IMG/VR virus record: IMGVR_UViG_2724679058_000007
Reading direction: 5' to 3' (one strand)
DNA: 35,236 nt
Origin: a virus
Taxonomy: Duplodnaviria > Heunggongvirae > Uroviricota > Caudoviricetes
Part shown: in pieces, positions 1 through 8,335 of the stretch
How the letters are laid out: each line of letters begins with the position of its first letter
Position numbering within the stretch: position 1 is the first letter of the stretch
The notes under the pieces: model-generated
Database searches by the model: none
The model's input: only the letters and a program-made list of their open reading frames with translations
Told to the model about the DNA's origin: nothing
Translations under genes and position numbers: made by a program

Positions 1-77
1 ATGAAACCCGGACCTGAACATGTCTTATTGCGTGATTGTTTCTTTCATTTGATACTGCATTTCCCAGAGTTCAGTAA

Positions 78-134
78 GCGAAATGATGCGCCGCGCGATA
101 AATGCGCCCATTTCCGTGAGATAAATGGCATCGC
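78..134. repeat. Candidate transposase-binding end repeats (possible phage right end)
   Basis: Direct repeats of GATAAATG at 97-104 and 120-127 (23 bp apart) plus related AAATGATGCG at about 83-90, immediately outside the invertase gene. Resembles my memory of Mu R-end sites (CGATAAATGCG); not verified. Confidence 0.3.
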
Positions 135-161
135 TGCGGCGTTTCAATATTTGCAAAAGAA

Positions 162-742
162 TTACAATCCTACCGCGTCACCCTTTCTCTGACCATCTAC
201 CGGAAAATACCGGTACAACGTCGATAACCCCACTCCATAGATAATGGCCAACTGCTGACGGGTATGCCCCTTAACCAATAGCCGTGCAATCTGCTCCCGC
301 TCATGCGGCTTTAATGCGTTGGGCCTTCCACCTGTGCGTCCCTGTGCTCTGGCAGCTGCAATCCGGCAAGTGTGCGTTCAACGATCAGCTCACGTTCCAT
401 CTCCGCCAGCGCCGACATCACATGGAAAAAGAAGCGTCCCATAGCAGTGCTGGTATCAATACTGTCTGTTAAAGAGCGGAAGTGGGCACCGCGTTCATGT
501 AACTCTGATATCAATGCGATCAGGTTCTTAACGCTGCGCCCCAGCCTGTCCAGTTTCCACACGACCAGGGTGTCTCCGCTATTAACGCACTTTAAAGCAC
601 GTTTCAGACCGGGACGGCTGGCAACTTTTCCGCTCATACGGTCTTCAAAAATGCGGTCACAGTTTGCGCTTGTGAGTGCATTACGTTGTAAATCGCTGTT
701 CTGGTCGATTGTTGATACGCGGATATAACCAATGACGGCCAT
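162..742 (-). pseudogene. gin: Gin/Hin-family serine DNA invertase, reading frame interrupted by a 1-nt deletion near 350-362
   Basis: From ATG at 740-742 the product reads MAVIGYIRVSTIDQNSDLQRNALTSANCDRIFEDRMSGK...SLTDSIDTSTAMGRFFFHVMSALAEMERELIVERTLAGL, a serine-recombinase catalytic domain. It then runs into a stop at 311, while a shifted frame continues AAARAQGRTGGRPNALKPHEREQIARLLVKGHTRQQLAIIYGVGLSTLYRYF to a stop at 162-164 (HTH domain). Confidence 0.8.
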
Positions 743-805
743 CAATTCTCCTCCTCTATGTTGCGGTGGGAGGATTTTCACAGATTTCGCTACGTGCAAC
801 TGCTT

Positions 806-830
806 TTCCAAAAACCTTGGTTTGGGAGAA
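806..830 (+). repeat. hix/gix-like invertase crossover site (left)
   Basis: TTCCAAAAACCTTGGTTTGGGAGAA; its 19-bp core CAAAAACCTTGGTTTGGGA (809-827) recurs as a perfect inverted copy at 3004-3022. Resembles Hin/Gin sites as I recall them (AAACCAAGGTTTTTGA). Confidence 0.8.
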
Positions 831-1304
831 GGCTCTGCATTGCCTGTTGGTGTGCCTGTTCCGTGGCCTTCAGCCACTCCGCCAACAGGCTGGCTGAAAT
901 GCAATGGTGCGGCTTTTTCTGCTGAAGAATACCCGGAACTGGCAAAGGCTTACCCGACAAATAAATTGCCTGATTTACGCGGTGAATTTATTCGCGGCTG
1001 GGATGACGGGCGCGGGGTTGATGTTGGGCGTGCTTTATTGAGCCTTCAGGCTGGGATGCTGGAAAAGCACCGTCATATTGTTGTTGCCAATGATGGTTAC
1101 GACACAAAAGATGAATGGGAACTGGCTACGATTTTCAAAAAGACATACACACAAGGACGGGGACTTGATGCCACAAATACAGGAGGGAGTCTGATCCCAT
1201 CACCGACACTTCATTCACGAGGGAGTATCGGTAATACTGGCGGGAGTGAAACCCGTCCACGAAATATTGCATTTAACTTTATCGTGAGGCTGCATAATGG
1301 ATAA
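809..1304 (+). CDS. Alternative tail-fibre C-terminal variable region (Sv'-like), promoterless in this orientation
   Basis: ORF 732..1304 contains FSKNLGLGEGSALPVG, matching PALFVKNLGLG in the expressed fibre gene on the other strand. Only the part distal to the crossover site would be fused to the constant region after inversion. Confidence 0.6.
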
Positions 1305-1899
1305 CGCCGTATTAAATAGCGAGCTTATTGCCACGAAGGCGGGGAATATTACCGTCTATAACTATGATGGTGAAACTCGGGAATATATTTCCACTTCAAA
1401 TGAATATCTTGCCATTGGTGTCGGTATCCCTGCATATTCCTGTTTAGATGCCCCTGGCACACATAAGGCGGGTTATGCTATCTGCCGTTCGATGGATTTA
1501 AACTCATGGGAATATGTGCCAGACCATCGCGGTGAAGTTGTCTATAACACCGAAACGGGAGAATCAAAAGAAATCACAGCTCCGGGTGATTACCCTGAAA
1601 ATACAACCACTATCACCCCTTTATCTCCATACGATAAATGGGATGGTGATAAATGGGTGACCGATACTGAGGCACAGCATAGCGCCGCAGTAGACGCGGC
1701 AGAAGCACAGCGTCAGTCACTGATTGATGCTGCAATGGCTTCCATCGGTCTGATTCAGCTGAAATTACAGGCCGGACGGAAGCTGATGCAGGCAGAAACA
1801 ACCCGGCTTAACGCTGTGCTGGATTACATTGACGCGGTGACGGCAACAGATACCAGCACCGCGCCGGATGTCATCTGGCCTGAACTGCCGGAGGCGTAG
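1297..1899 (+). CDS. Tail fibre assembly protein (U'-like, partner of the alternative fibre tip)
   Basis: 200 aa; C-terminal WVTDTEAQHSAAVDAAEAQRQSLIDAA...LNAVLDYIDAVTATDTSTAPDVIWPELP is the typical Tfa chaperone motif; start overlaps the Sv' stop. Confidence 0.75.
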   Translation: MDNAVLNSELIATKAGNITVYNYDGETREYISTSNEYLAIGVGIPAYSCLDAPGTHKAGYAICRSMDLNSWEYVPDHRGEVVYNTETGESKEITAPGDYPENTTTITPLSPYDKWDGDKWVTDTEAQHSAAVDAAEAQRQSLIDAAMASIGLIQLKLQAGRKLMQAETTRLNAVLDYIDAVTATDTSTAPDVIWPELPEA

Positions 1900-2314
1900 G
1901 CCATTCAATATCTGGCGCACCGGAAGTATCGACCATTTCCAGTGCGTCCAGGTAATCCAGCCACGCGTTATACTGTACCTTTTCGGCGTCTTTCAGCCGT
2001 CCCATTGCAGCTTTTCCCGGCCATTGCTTGCTGTTCATGTACTCGTTAGCCTGGTCGATTAGCAGTTGTTTTTGTGCTTCAGTTGCTGCAACAAGTTCAT
2101 CGTGCGTTGGCGGCGGAATATCACCCCAGGCAGGAAAACCATCTTCACCAGCAATGCGGATTTTCCCTTTCGGTGGTTCGCCTGAATACTCAATAAACAG
2201 TTCTTCATCAACCTCCTTAGCATTGTCAAAATTCATTCCATTTGATTCATAAATTTCCTTCATAGCTATCGGATAGAAAGCATTTGTAGATACATCATAA
2301 AAATATTTATTCAT
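1871..2314 (-). CDS. Tail fibre assembly protein (U-like)
   Basis: Start taken at MNKYFYD; C-terminal ATEAQKQLLIDQANEYM...YNAWLDYLDALEMVDTSGAPDIEWPTPP Tfa motif; AT-rich; immediately downstream of the tail-fibre gene. Confidence 0.75.
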   Translation of the reverse strand: MNKYFYDVSTNAFYPIAMKEIYESNGMNFDNAKEVDEELFIEYSGEPPKGKIRIAGEDGFPAWGDIPPPTHDELVAATEAQKQLLIDQANEYMNSKQWPGKAAMGRLKDAEKVQYNAWLDYLDALEMVDTSGAPDIEWPTPPAVQAR

Positions 2315-2319
2315 TCTAA

Positions 2320-3501
2320 TTATCTCCCGATTGCAATCCATCGAGCGTAAATAAAGGCTGGTGATGATGTTGAATTTAATAATTTGAACTGAGTATTGCT
2401 GATAGGTTGAGCTGCAAAGCTATATACAGCTGAAGCGCCAGCGTTATCATAAGAAGCAACAAGCTGAACTGTACTGTAATTTGTAAAAGGTACGGGGAAA
2501 TTTATAGTCTGCGGATCTCCAATTTGACCAGAGGCTGCAATACCCCACTGGATAATAGTACCTCCTGGTAAAGATGCCCAGCCGGTACCGCTTGTAAAAC
2601 TTGACATATCCGGTATTTGTCCAGAACCTGTACCCACATTTTTTGTTGCCGCCGTTCCAAGCCCGGAAATATCAGATGATGTTGGTTTAAATCCTGTGTG
2701 GTACAACTTATACCAGTCAGAAAATGCAGTATCACTCGCTTTTATCCTCACACTAAAGTCAGGAATGGAACCGAGAGACGCACCGCAGATTTGCCACCCG
2801 GTTGAACCTGAGTTAGCAAATGAAATACCACCAGCCCACTGCCCAGGATAAGGACCGATATTATCTGCAGGGGCAAAATAATCAAAGCGACTGACGTCCA
2901 ACGTCGCCATAGTTCCGCTTACCTGGGCTGCCTTTATTCCAAGCCCCCACCCGCCATTTAAAGCAATTTTACCCGTTTTATCTGTGAAGGATGATTGCAG
3001 TGTTCCCAAACCAAGGTTTTTGACAAACAGCGCCGGGTCAGGAATATCAGCGCCGTTCTGGTCTTTGGCCAGCTTCTCCGCCAGCTTGTTCAACACAGTG
3101 GTCGCAAAATTCGGATCGTTGCCGAGGGCATCAGCCAGCTCTTTGAGCGTATCCAGCGTCTCAGGGGCGCTGCCTGCAAGCGCCGCAAGTGCTTTGGCCA
3201 CAAACTCCGTCGTCGCCAGCTTCTTGCTGTTATCGCTATTTGCAGGCGTAGGCGCTGTTGGTGTGCCGGTGAATGTCGGGCTGGCTTTCGGTGCGTACTG
3301 GGTATGCGGGTCTGCTGCCGCGATATGTTTCGCAAGGTCAGAACCGCCATTTTCAACCTGTTGCTTCAGGTACAGCGTGCGGCTGGCCAGTTGTTTACCC
3401 TGACGGTTAGAAATTCCGTCAGGCCCGCCCAGAACGGGGTCAGAGACCTCAATCTGGTAGATGCCCTCTTCCCACTGCGGGGTTTCAGGTAGGTTTGCCA
3501 T
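2320..3501 (-). CDS. Tail fibre protein (constant N-terminal part plus currently expressed variable C-terminal part)
   Basis: 393 aa, MANLPETPQWEEGIYQIEVSDPVLGGPDGISNRQGKQLASRTLYLKQQ; the hix-like site falls at about codon 160; the C-terminal two thirds are AT-rich and Gly/Ser-rich. Confidence 0.85.
   Translation of the reverse strand: MANLPETPQWEEGIYQIEVSDPVLGGPDGISNRQGKQLASRTLYLKQQVENGGSDLAKHIAAADPHTQYAPKASPTFTGTPTAPTPANSDNSKKLATTEFVAKALAALAGSAPETLDTLKELADALGNDPNFATTVLNKLAEKLAKDQNGADIPDPALFVKNLGLGTLQSSFTDKTGKIALNGGWGLGIKAAQVSGTMATLDVSRFDYFAPADNIGPYPGQWAGGISFANSGSTGWQICGASLGSIPDFSVRIKASDTAFSDWYKLYHTGFKPTSSDISGLGTAATKNVGTGSGQIPDMSSFTSGTGWASLPGGTIIQWGIAASGQIGDPQTINFPVPFTNYSTVQLVASYDNAGASAVYSFAAQPISNTQFKLLNSTSSPAFIYARWIAIGR
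3001..3025 (-). repeat. hix/gix-like invertase crossover site (right), inside the tail-fibre gene at the constant/variable junction
   Basis: Plus strand TGTTCCCAAACCAAGGTTTTTGACA; inverted copy of the 806-830 site. It encodes the shared KNLGLG motif in both tail-fibre variants. A compositional break (GC-rich constant part versus AT-rich variable part) coincides with it. Confidence 0.8.
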
Positions 3502-3503
3502 AA

Positions 3504-4081
3504 TTAACTGCTCCCGTGGTTATAGCTACCGTCATAGTTGACGGTGTTGTTGTAGCGAATGGCGACAGACTGATACTCAAGGCTCGCCAGATGGCAGCGG
3601 GCCGGAGCAAAGGCAGCGAGCGTCTGGCGTAACAGCGCCGCCTGATCGTTAGTAATGGGCTGCTGAAGGATGACGCGATAGACCGCCCAGCTTCTGCATC
3701 GCCATGGACGAAAAGCCCGTTGTACGTGTGTTTGCCGTCGTAGCCAATCTGGCCAGTGCCTTCAATCAGATCCACTTCGCCGAAGCCGAAACGGCGGATA
3801 ATTTCCCGGATTGACCACGGCGTCCCTTTATAGCGGTGCAGCTCGATAGCAGATTTGATAAGCATGCGGCGTACATCGTCCGATTCCGCCAGCTCCCAGC
3901 CATCGCCAAACAGCGAGAACTGCTCGCCCAGCCATGGCAGCGCGGAACTGTCGACGATATCGACGAGATAGACCATCAGTACGCTCAGGTCGATGTTATC
4001 CAGCCGCCCGGCCAGTTTTCCCAGCGTTCTGAGGCTGATATCACCCTCAAGCGGCGGCGGGAGTTGTAGCGGCTCAGCCAT
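3504..4081 (-). pseudogene. Tail/baseplate protein, P2 gpI-like (DUF2313-like), with an apparent frameshift near 3685-3702
   Basis: Frame of ORF 3485..4081 gives a plausible N-terminus up to ...GQIGYDGKHTYNGLFVHGDAE, then low-complexity residues (RSIASSFSSPLLTIRRRCYARRSL...). A shifted frame reads ...AVYRVILQQPITNDQAALLRQTLAAFAPARCHLASLEYQSVAIRYNNTVNYDGSYNHGSS and stops at 3504-3506, 2 nt before the tail-fibre start. Confidence 0.6.
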
Positions 4082-5177
4082 CGGACACCCCGGTCATGTT
4101 AAGAGTGATCGCCGTGCAGTTTGCCCATTCGTTTTCTGCCACCACCCGCAGTGGCGGTGTCACCAGTTCAACCTGGTACACCCCGGAGACGGACAACACA
4201 CTGATAATCTGGCTGGGAACAATATCGCGCCCCAGCGTGGCGGTACGTGATGCCACCCAGTTCTGTATGGCGCTGTTGGCGTTGTCCTTTACCGAGTTGG
4301 CATCCTGGTCGCGGTAGATCGTGATATTGGCTTCAATGGTGTAATCCACCTGCAGAGGTGTTTTAGCCCGCACGGTATCAGTAAGTGGCCTGACTTTTTC
4401 GTCAGAACAGAAACTCTCTACCAGCGTGAGGATGCTGTCGTCCGGCAGGCCGGTACTGAGCAGCGGATACAGCTCTACGGTACCGGGGACCGGGGAAAGC
4501 ACGGCAACATCGACAATGTTGGGATGGGCCTGCATGGCATGAAAGCGGTATGCCATACGGCTTCCGGCGTTGGTGAATGACTCCGGGGCCAGTTTGATAC
4601 GCTCGCGGAGCCTGTCATTGTCTTCCTGCTCAGAACCGCCAGAACTGGCCGCCATATTGGTCACCTGCAGGTCGACGTTATCAATCTCATCGAGCAACTG
4701 ACTGACCTGCGCAGGCTGCCAGCCGTTGCCTGCGGCTCCCGGCTCGGTACAGGTGGCCGTGGCATTGACAAGCAGCAATCCGGCTTTCAGCACTACGTCC
4801 GTATCGGTTGCAAAAATAATGCTGTCGGAAGCGCTGACGCGGGTACCTGCCGGAATCAGCACATCAATGGCCAGTTCCTCATCCACGGAGAACTGGAGCG
4901 TGGTGGTGGCAGGCTGCGCGGCCAGTCGGTATACACCAACCAGTTCACCGAGGTAATCAATCATCGGCTCACGGGCAAAGGCGACCAGATTCTGTTTGGC
5001 CGCTTCCTGCGCCGCCACCCTGACCAGCATTTCGCGGTATGCCCACAGGTCAATCAACAGGCGCTCAGCCTGAGCGGGGTATAGCGTCTTGCCAGTTGCG
5101 GCTTCGTACTGTGCAATCATTTCAGCCGTGATTTTGTCAGCATCACGTTCAATAAAATCGGGTTCTGTCAGCGCCAT
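4074..5177 (-). CDS. Baseplate J-like protein (Mu gp47 / P2 gpJ family)
   Basis: 367 aa; position between gpW-like and gpI-like genes; overlaps both neighbours. Confidence 0.75.
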   Translation of the reverse strand: MALTEPDFIERDADKITAEMIAQYEAATGKTLYPAQAERLLIDLWAYREMLVRVAAQEAAKQNLVAFAREPMIDYLGELVGVYRLAAQPATTTLQFSVDEELAIDVLIPAGTRVSASDSIIFATDTDVVLKAGLLLVNATATCTEPGAAGNGWQPAQVSQLLDEIDNVDLQVTNMAASSGGSEQEDNDRLRERIKLAPESFTNAGSRMAYRFHAMQAHPNIVDVAVLSPVPGTVELYPLLSTGLPDDSILTLVESFCSDEKVRPLTDTVRAKTPLQVDYTIEANITIYRDQDANSVKDNANSAIQNWVASRTATLGRDIVPSQIISVLSVSGVYQVELVTPPLRVVAENEWANCTAITLNMTGVSDG

Positions 5178-5515
5178 AGCAACTCCTGAGTCCGGGGTTG
5201 TCCGTCAGAGCCTTTCCAGCTCACCCGGAGCGTAAGATGTTCGCCGTCGACGGCGGGTTTAACCGACATAAGCTGGCAGCGAGGCTCCCAGCGGCGAATG
5301 GCATCGACGGATTCGCGCACCACATGCGGAATAGCCCGGTCAATAGGCCAGTCGATATAAAGGTGCAGATTGCTGCCGAACTCCGGGCGATGCGGGTCGC
5401 TGCCGCGAGGAGTACGCAGGATGATTTGAATGGCCTGCCAGATATCATCCAGCCCCCGGACGATTTCGCCAGGGGCCTGCAGAGCCGGTTGCCAGAATAC
5501 TGAGGTTGTTTTCAT
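5168..5515 (-). CDS. Baseplate wedge protein, GPW/gp25 family (Mu gp46-like)
   Basis: 115 aa; size and synteny; MKTTSVFWQPALQAPGEIVRGLDDIWQAIQIILRTPRGSDPHRPEFGSNLHLY. Confidence 0.7.
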   Translation of the reverse strand: MKTTSVFWQPALQAPGEIVRGLDDIWQAIQIILRTPRGSDPHRPEFGSNLHLYIDWPIDRAIPHVVRESVDAIRRWEPRCQLMSVKPAVDGEHLTLRVSWKGSDGQPRTQELLWR

Positions 5516-5569
5516 GGGGGCAGTATTGCCCCTGTGCGGGAACGCCGATATTAAAGGCGTTTAAGAAGG

Positions 5570-6082
5570 TCAGTGGGAATGGTGATTAGAGTTCGGGCCG
5601 TCAGAGAGCATGCTGCCTGTCGAGTGGGCATTGCCGTTGATTTCAAGGTTGCCGTTCACCGTGGTGGTGTCAGCGGTCAAATCAATGGTTTTCCCCTTCA
5701 GGCTGATACCCACTGCAACCTCGATCACCACATGCTCGATACCACCTTTGACTGTCAGCGTATGGGTCGCACGGTTATAGCTGAACTCTGCGCCATCCGC
5801 GTATTTCGTGCCCCGGACATTTTTGTCGCTGAACGGCGGTTTATCGACTTCTGAGTACACCGCGCCCAGAATGACACCATCCTCGCCGTTGGCATCGAGC
5901 AGCACCTCAACCTGCTCCCCCACGTCAGGGAGCCAGTAATCCTTGTTATCCTGGGTATTGCGCTGCAGCACGTTAAGCCAGTTAGTGCGCAGGTTATCGC
6001 ATTCCGGCAGACGAACGCGGGCCTGAACCTTGTCGGCATCGACGGCGCTGACCGTACCGACCTGACGGGTGACGCCTGTCAT
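5570..6082 (-). CDS. Baseplate assembly protein V-like spike (Mu gp45-like)
   Basis: 170 aa; synteny downstream of the D-like hub gene. Confidence 0.7.
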   Translation of the reverse strand: MTGVTRQVGTVSAVDADKVQARVRLPECDNLRTNWLNVLQRNTQDNKDYWLPDVGEQVEVLLDANGEDGVILGAVYSEVDKPPFSDKNVRGTKYADGAEFSYNRATHTLTVKGGIEHVVIEVAVGISLKGKTIDLTADTTTVNGNLEINGNAHSTGSMLSDGPNSNHHSH

Positions 6083-7251
6083 TATTTTTTCTCCTTTATT
6101 ACCGTGGACGTGCTGCCGTCCGGTTTATAGACGGTCAGCGTCTGGGTTTTTCCGGTCTTTTTACCTTTCTTCGCTTTGCCCTGCGTAACCGGCCCTCGTG
6201 CCACTTCCAGTTCGGTGATGTAGCCGCTGTTACGGTCAAACGCATGGCGGGCAGTAGTTATCAGCCATGGCCCGGATAACTGACCAAAGCCCACCAGTTC
6301 AATTTTGTTGCCTGCTGTTAGTTGAGGCGTCCCCATCAGCGTCAGCGAGCCGTTCTGCTGGTATTCGTTATGCCTGGCCAGCGCCGAATCTGCTTTAATC
6401 CGGGCGCTGTCCGGGTCACTGACGCGGCTGTTGACCTTCAGTGAGTCGGCACTGGTGACCTTACCGCCTTTGGTTTGTTTGTCGCTTTCGCTGGTACCGC
6501 CATCAGCTTCATAAACGATCAGCTTTTTATCGCTGCTCTTCTGGTGTTTTACCTTCGCGGATTTGTAGACGCGGTTGATGGTGTCACGCAGGGAAAAGCT
6601 AGCCACATCCTGCGGCTTTAACTGCCTGATCGGCTCCTGACCGCGCAACGTGGCAAGATGAGAAAAAACCAGCTGGTCGCTGACCACTTTCACGGCATAA
6701 CCATACTCGCTGGCCAGTCGGCGCAGGAAGCCCACGTCCGTTTCAGCATACTGGGTCACCCGGTCAATTTTGATGGACTCAATACTGCCAACCAGCTTCA
6801 GCTGATGCTTTTTGGCAATCCGTCCGGCGATGGCCGCCAGCGTGGTGCTCTCGAAACCACGACTGGATTTTGTCCGCAGGGCGTTGTTGACCGACGTGGC
6901 CACGCCCCGGATAGCGACAACGGACGCGGGCGAACTCACCTCGATCTCGTCTATAGAGAACGTACCGCAGGACAGCAGCTTCTCGCCCTGATAACCCATT
7001 TTCAGCGTCAGCGTGTCACCCTTGCCCGGATACCACTTATCCAGCCAGCGGCCATCGGTGTCGTCCAGTTCCACCTCAATGGTATCGGACTCGCTTTTGA
7101 TGTTATCGCTGTAGGTTACGCGGGTGACATAGGGGGCGATATCGGTGGTTATGTTCTTCTGCAGATACCACAGCGTGAACACCGGACTCAGAACATCGCT
7201 GACGCCAGTTAACGCTGATGCGGCTTGTGCAGTGCTGTTTATCTCAGCCAT
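6082..7251 (-). CDS. Phage late control D-like / baseplate hub protein (Mu gp44 P-like)
   Basis: 389 aa; size and synteny between tail X-like and V-like genes. Confidence 0.7.
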   Translation of the reverse strand: MAEINSTAQAASALTGVSDVLSPVFTLWYLQKNITTDIAPYVTRVTYSDNIKSESDTIEVELDDTDGRWLDKWYPGKGDTLTLKMGYQGEKLLSCGTFSIDEIEVSSPASVVAIRGVATSVNNALRTKSSRGFESTTLAAIAGRIAKKHQLKLVGSIESIKIDRVTQYAETDVGFLRRLASEYGYAVKVVSDQLVFSHLATLRGQEPIRQLKPQDVASFSLRDTINRVYKSAKVKHQKSSDKKLIVYEADGGTSESDKQTKGGKVTSADSLKVNSRVSDPDSARIKADSALARHNEYQQNGSLTLMGTPQLTAGNKIELVGFGQLSGPWLITTARHAFDRNSGYITELEVARGPVTQGKAKKGKKTGKTQTLTVYKPDGSTSTVIKEKK

Positions 7252-7454
7252 GGGGCAATATCCTCTTCTGTACTGGCTTCTTCAGCCTCGATAACCGGAA
7301 TCAGTAACAACAGCCCGGAGGGCAGCACCGGCGTGATGGCCACGTGTGGATTGGCGGCAATTATCCGGGGATAGCCCAGCGGGTCGCCGTAGTACTGCCA
7401 TGCGAGAGAGTCCCAGCGCTCTCCGTCACGGGTGACATGCTCAAGAAACATCAC
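7239..7454 (-). CDS. Tail protein X-like (LysM-like small tail protein)
   Basis: 71 aa, ...WDSLAWQYYGDPLGYPRIIAANPHVAITPVLPSGLLLLIP, a pattern typical of the phage tail X family. Confidence 0.6.
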   Translation of the reverse strand: MMFLEHVTRDGERWDSLAWQYYGDPLGYPRIIAANPHVAITPVLPSGLLLLIPVIEAEEASTEEDIAPWLR

Positions 7455-8335
7455 ACACTCCTCGCCAGAATTTTGGCTGCCATGCTGCTTAACCCCGGCG
7501 ACATACGGGTGAAGGTGGTGCTGGCGGAGTTAAGCTGCCCGGAAACGGCATCCAGCGCCGCTGCGATATTGCTGCCGTCCACGCCGCTCAGTGAAGACTG
7601 TGCCTGTTGTACATACGTGGCCGCATCACTGGTGGCTCTGGCCAGACTGATGGCATCAGGCATGGATTCAGAGAGCGCATTAAATGCCGGAACGCTTTGA
7701 CCCAACGCCCCGGACACGTTGCCGAGCCCGCTCATCAGCCCCGGTACGCGGGTCAGTGCAACGGTGGGGTTATCCTTCATTTTCTGCGCCACCCGAACGG
7801 CGCTGATGGTGGTCTGGAGAACAGACTGCGCCTGTTTGGCATAGTTGACGCCGTCGCGGACGTACTGCGCCACCCCGGAAGGTGAAGGAACGGCACCGGA
7901 GACCGCCCCGACGCCGGGAACCGTTGTGCGTATTGCAGGAGGCTGTAGCGGGTTTTTCGGGTCGCCGATGTACTCCCGGAGAGACGCGGTGGCATTGACG
8001 GCCAGCACGTTGCCGGTGCTGTCGGTTTGCTCGCTGGTCGCAGTAACATCGGTAATCACGAACCAGCCGCGATAGTCACCGTTGCCGAAGACCAGCGCCA
8101 GCGCCTGATGGGCCTTCATGGCCGTTCGCAGCCTCGCCAGCTCCACGTCAGGCACACAATAGTGCTGATGGAAGACCAGGCTTATCTGGATCTCGTCCAG
8201 CTTATCGCCAACGAACTGCAGGCCGGGCTTACCCTCGATACGGGGATGCTCCGCATAATCGACGCCGAACGTGGCTTCGAAGCCGTCCCAGTAGGTAATC
8301 AGTTCAAACTCAATATCACCCAGTACTGCAAACAT
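7451..8335 (-). CDS. Tail protein, DNA circulation (Mu N-like) family
   Basis: 294 aa, MFAVLGDIEFELITYWDGFEATFGVDYAEHPRIEGKPGLQFVGDKLDEI; directly downstream of the tape measure gene. Confidence 0.5.
   Translation of the reverse strand: MFAVLGDIEFELITYWDGFEATFGVDYAEHPRIEGKPGLQFVGDKLDEIQISLVFHQHYCVPDVELARLRTAMKAHQALALVFGNGDYRGWFVITDVTATSEQTDSTGNVLAVNATASLREYIGDPKNPLQPPAIRTTVPGVGAVSGAVPSPSGVAQYVRDGVNYAKQAQSVLQTTISAVRVAQKMKDNPTVALTRVPGLMSGLGNVSGALGQSVPAFNALSESMPDAISLARATSDAATYVQQAQSSLSGVDGSNIAAALDAVSGQLNSASTTFTRMSPGLSSMAAKILARSV

Larger units (their letters stand above)
806..3025. other. Invertible tail-fibre host-range segment (G-segment-like)
   Basis: Two opposed tail-fibre C-terminal variable regions, each with its own tail-fibre assembly gene, between inverted hix-like sites and adjacent to the invertase gene. 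Confidence 0.8.

Noticed and set aside
1-192. 63-aa plus-strand ORF at the window edge
   Set aside because: Overlaps the invertase C-terminus and the candidate end repeats; no RBS or recognisable protein features; more likely non-coding phage end or junction sequence.
311-904. Track ORF giving a 197-aa invertase with a 54-aa N-terminal extension
   Set aside because: The extension (MHFSQPVGGVAEGHG...) is not protein-like and overlaps the hix-like site; the conserved recombinase N-terminus starts at MAVIGYIRVST (ATG at 740-742).
2984-3492. Plus-strand ORFs (139 and 165 aa) inside the tail-fibre constant region
   Set aside because: Antisense to a well-supported gene; TTG start; Arg-rich shadow-frame composition.
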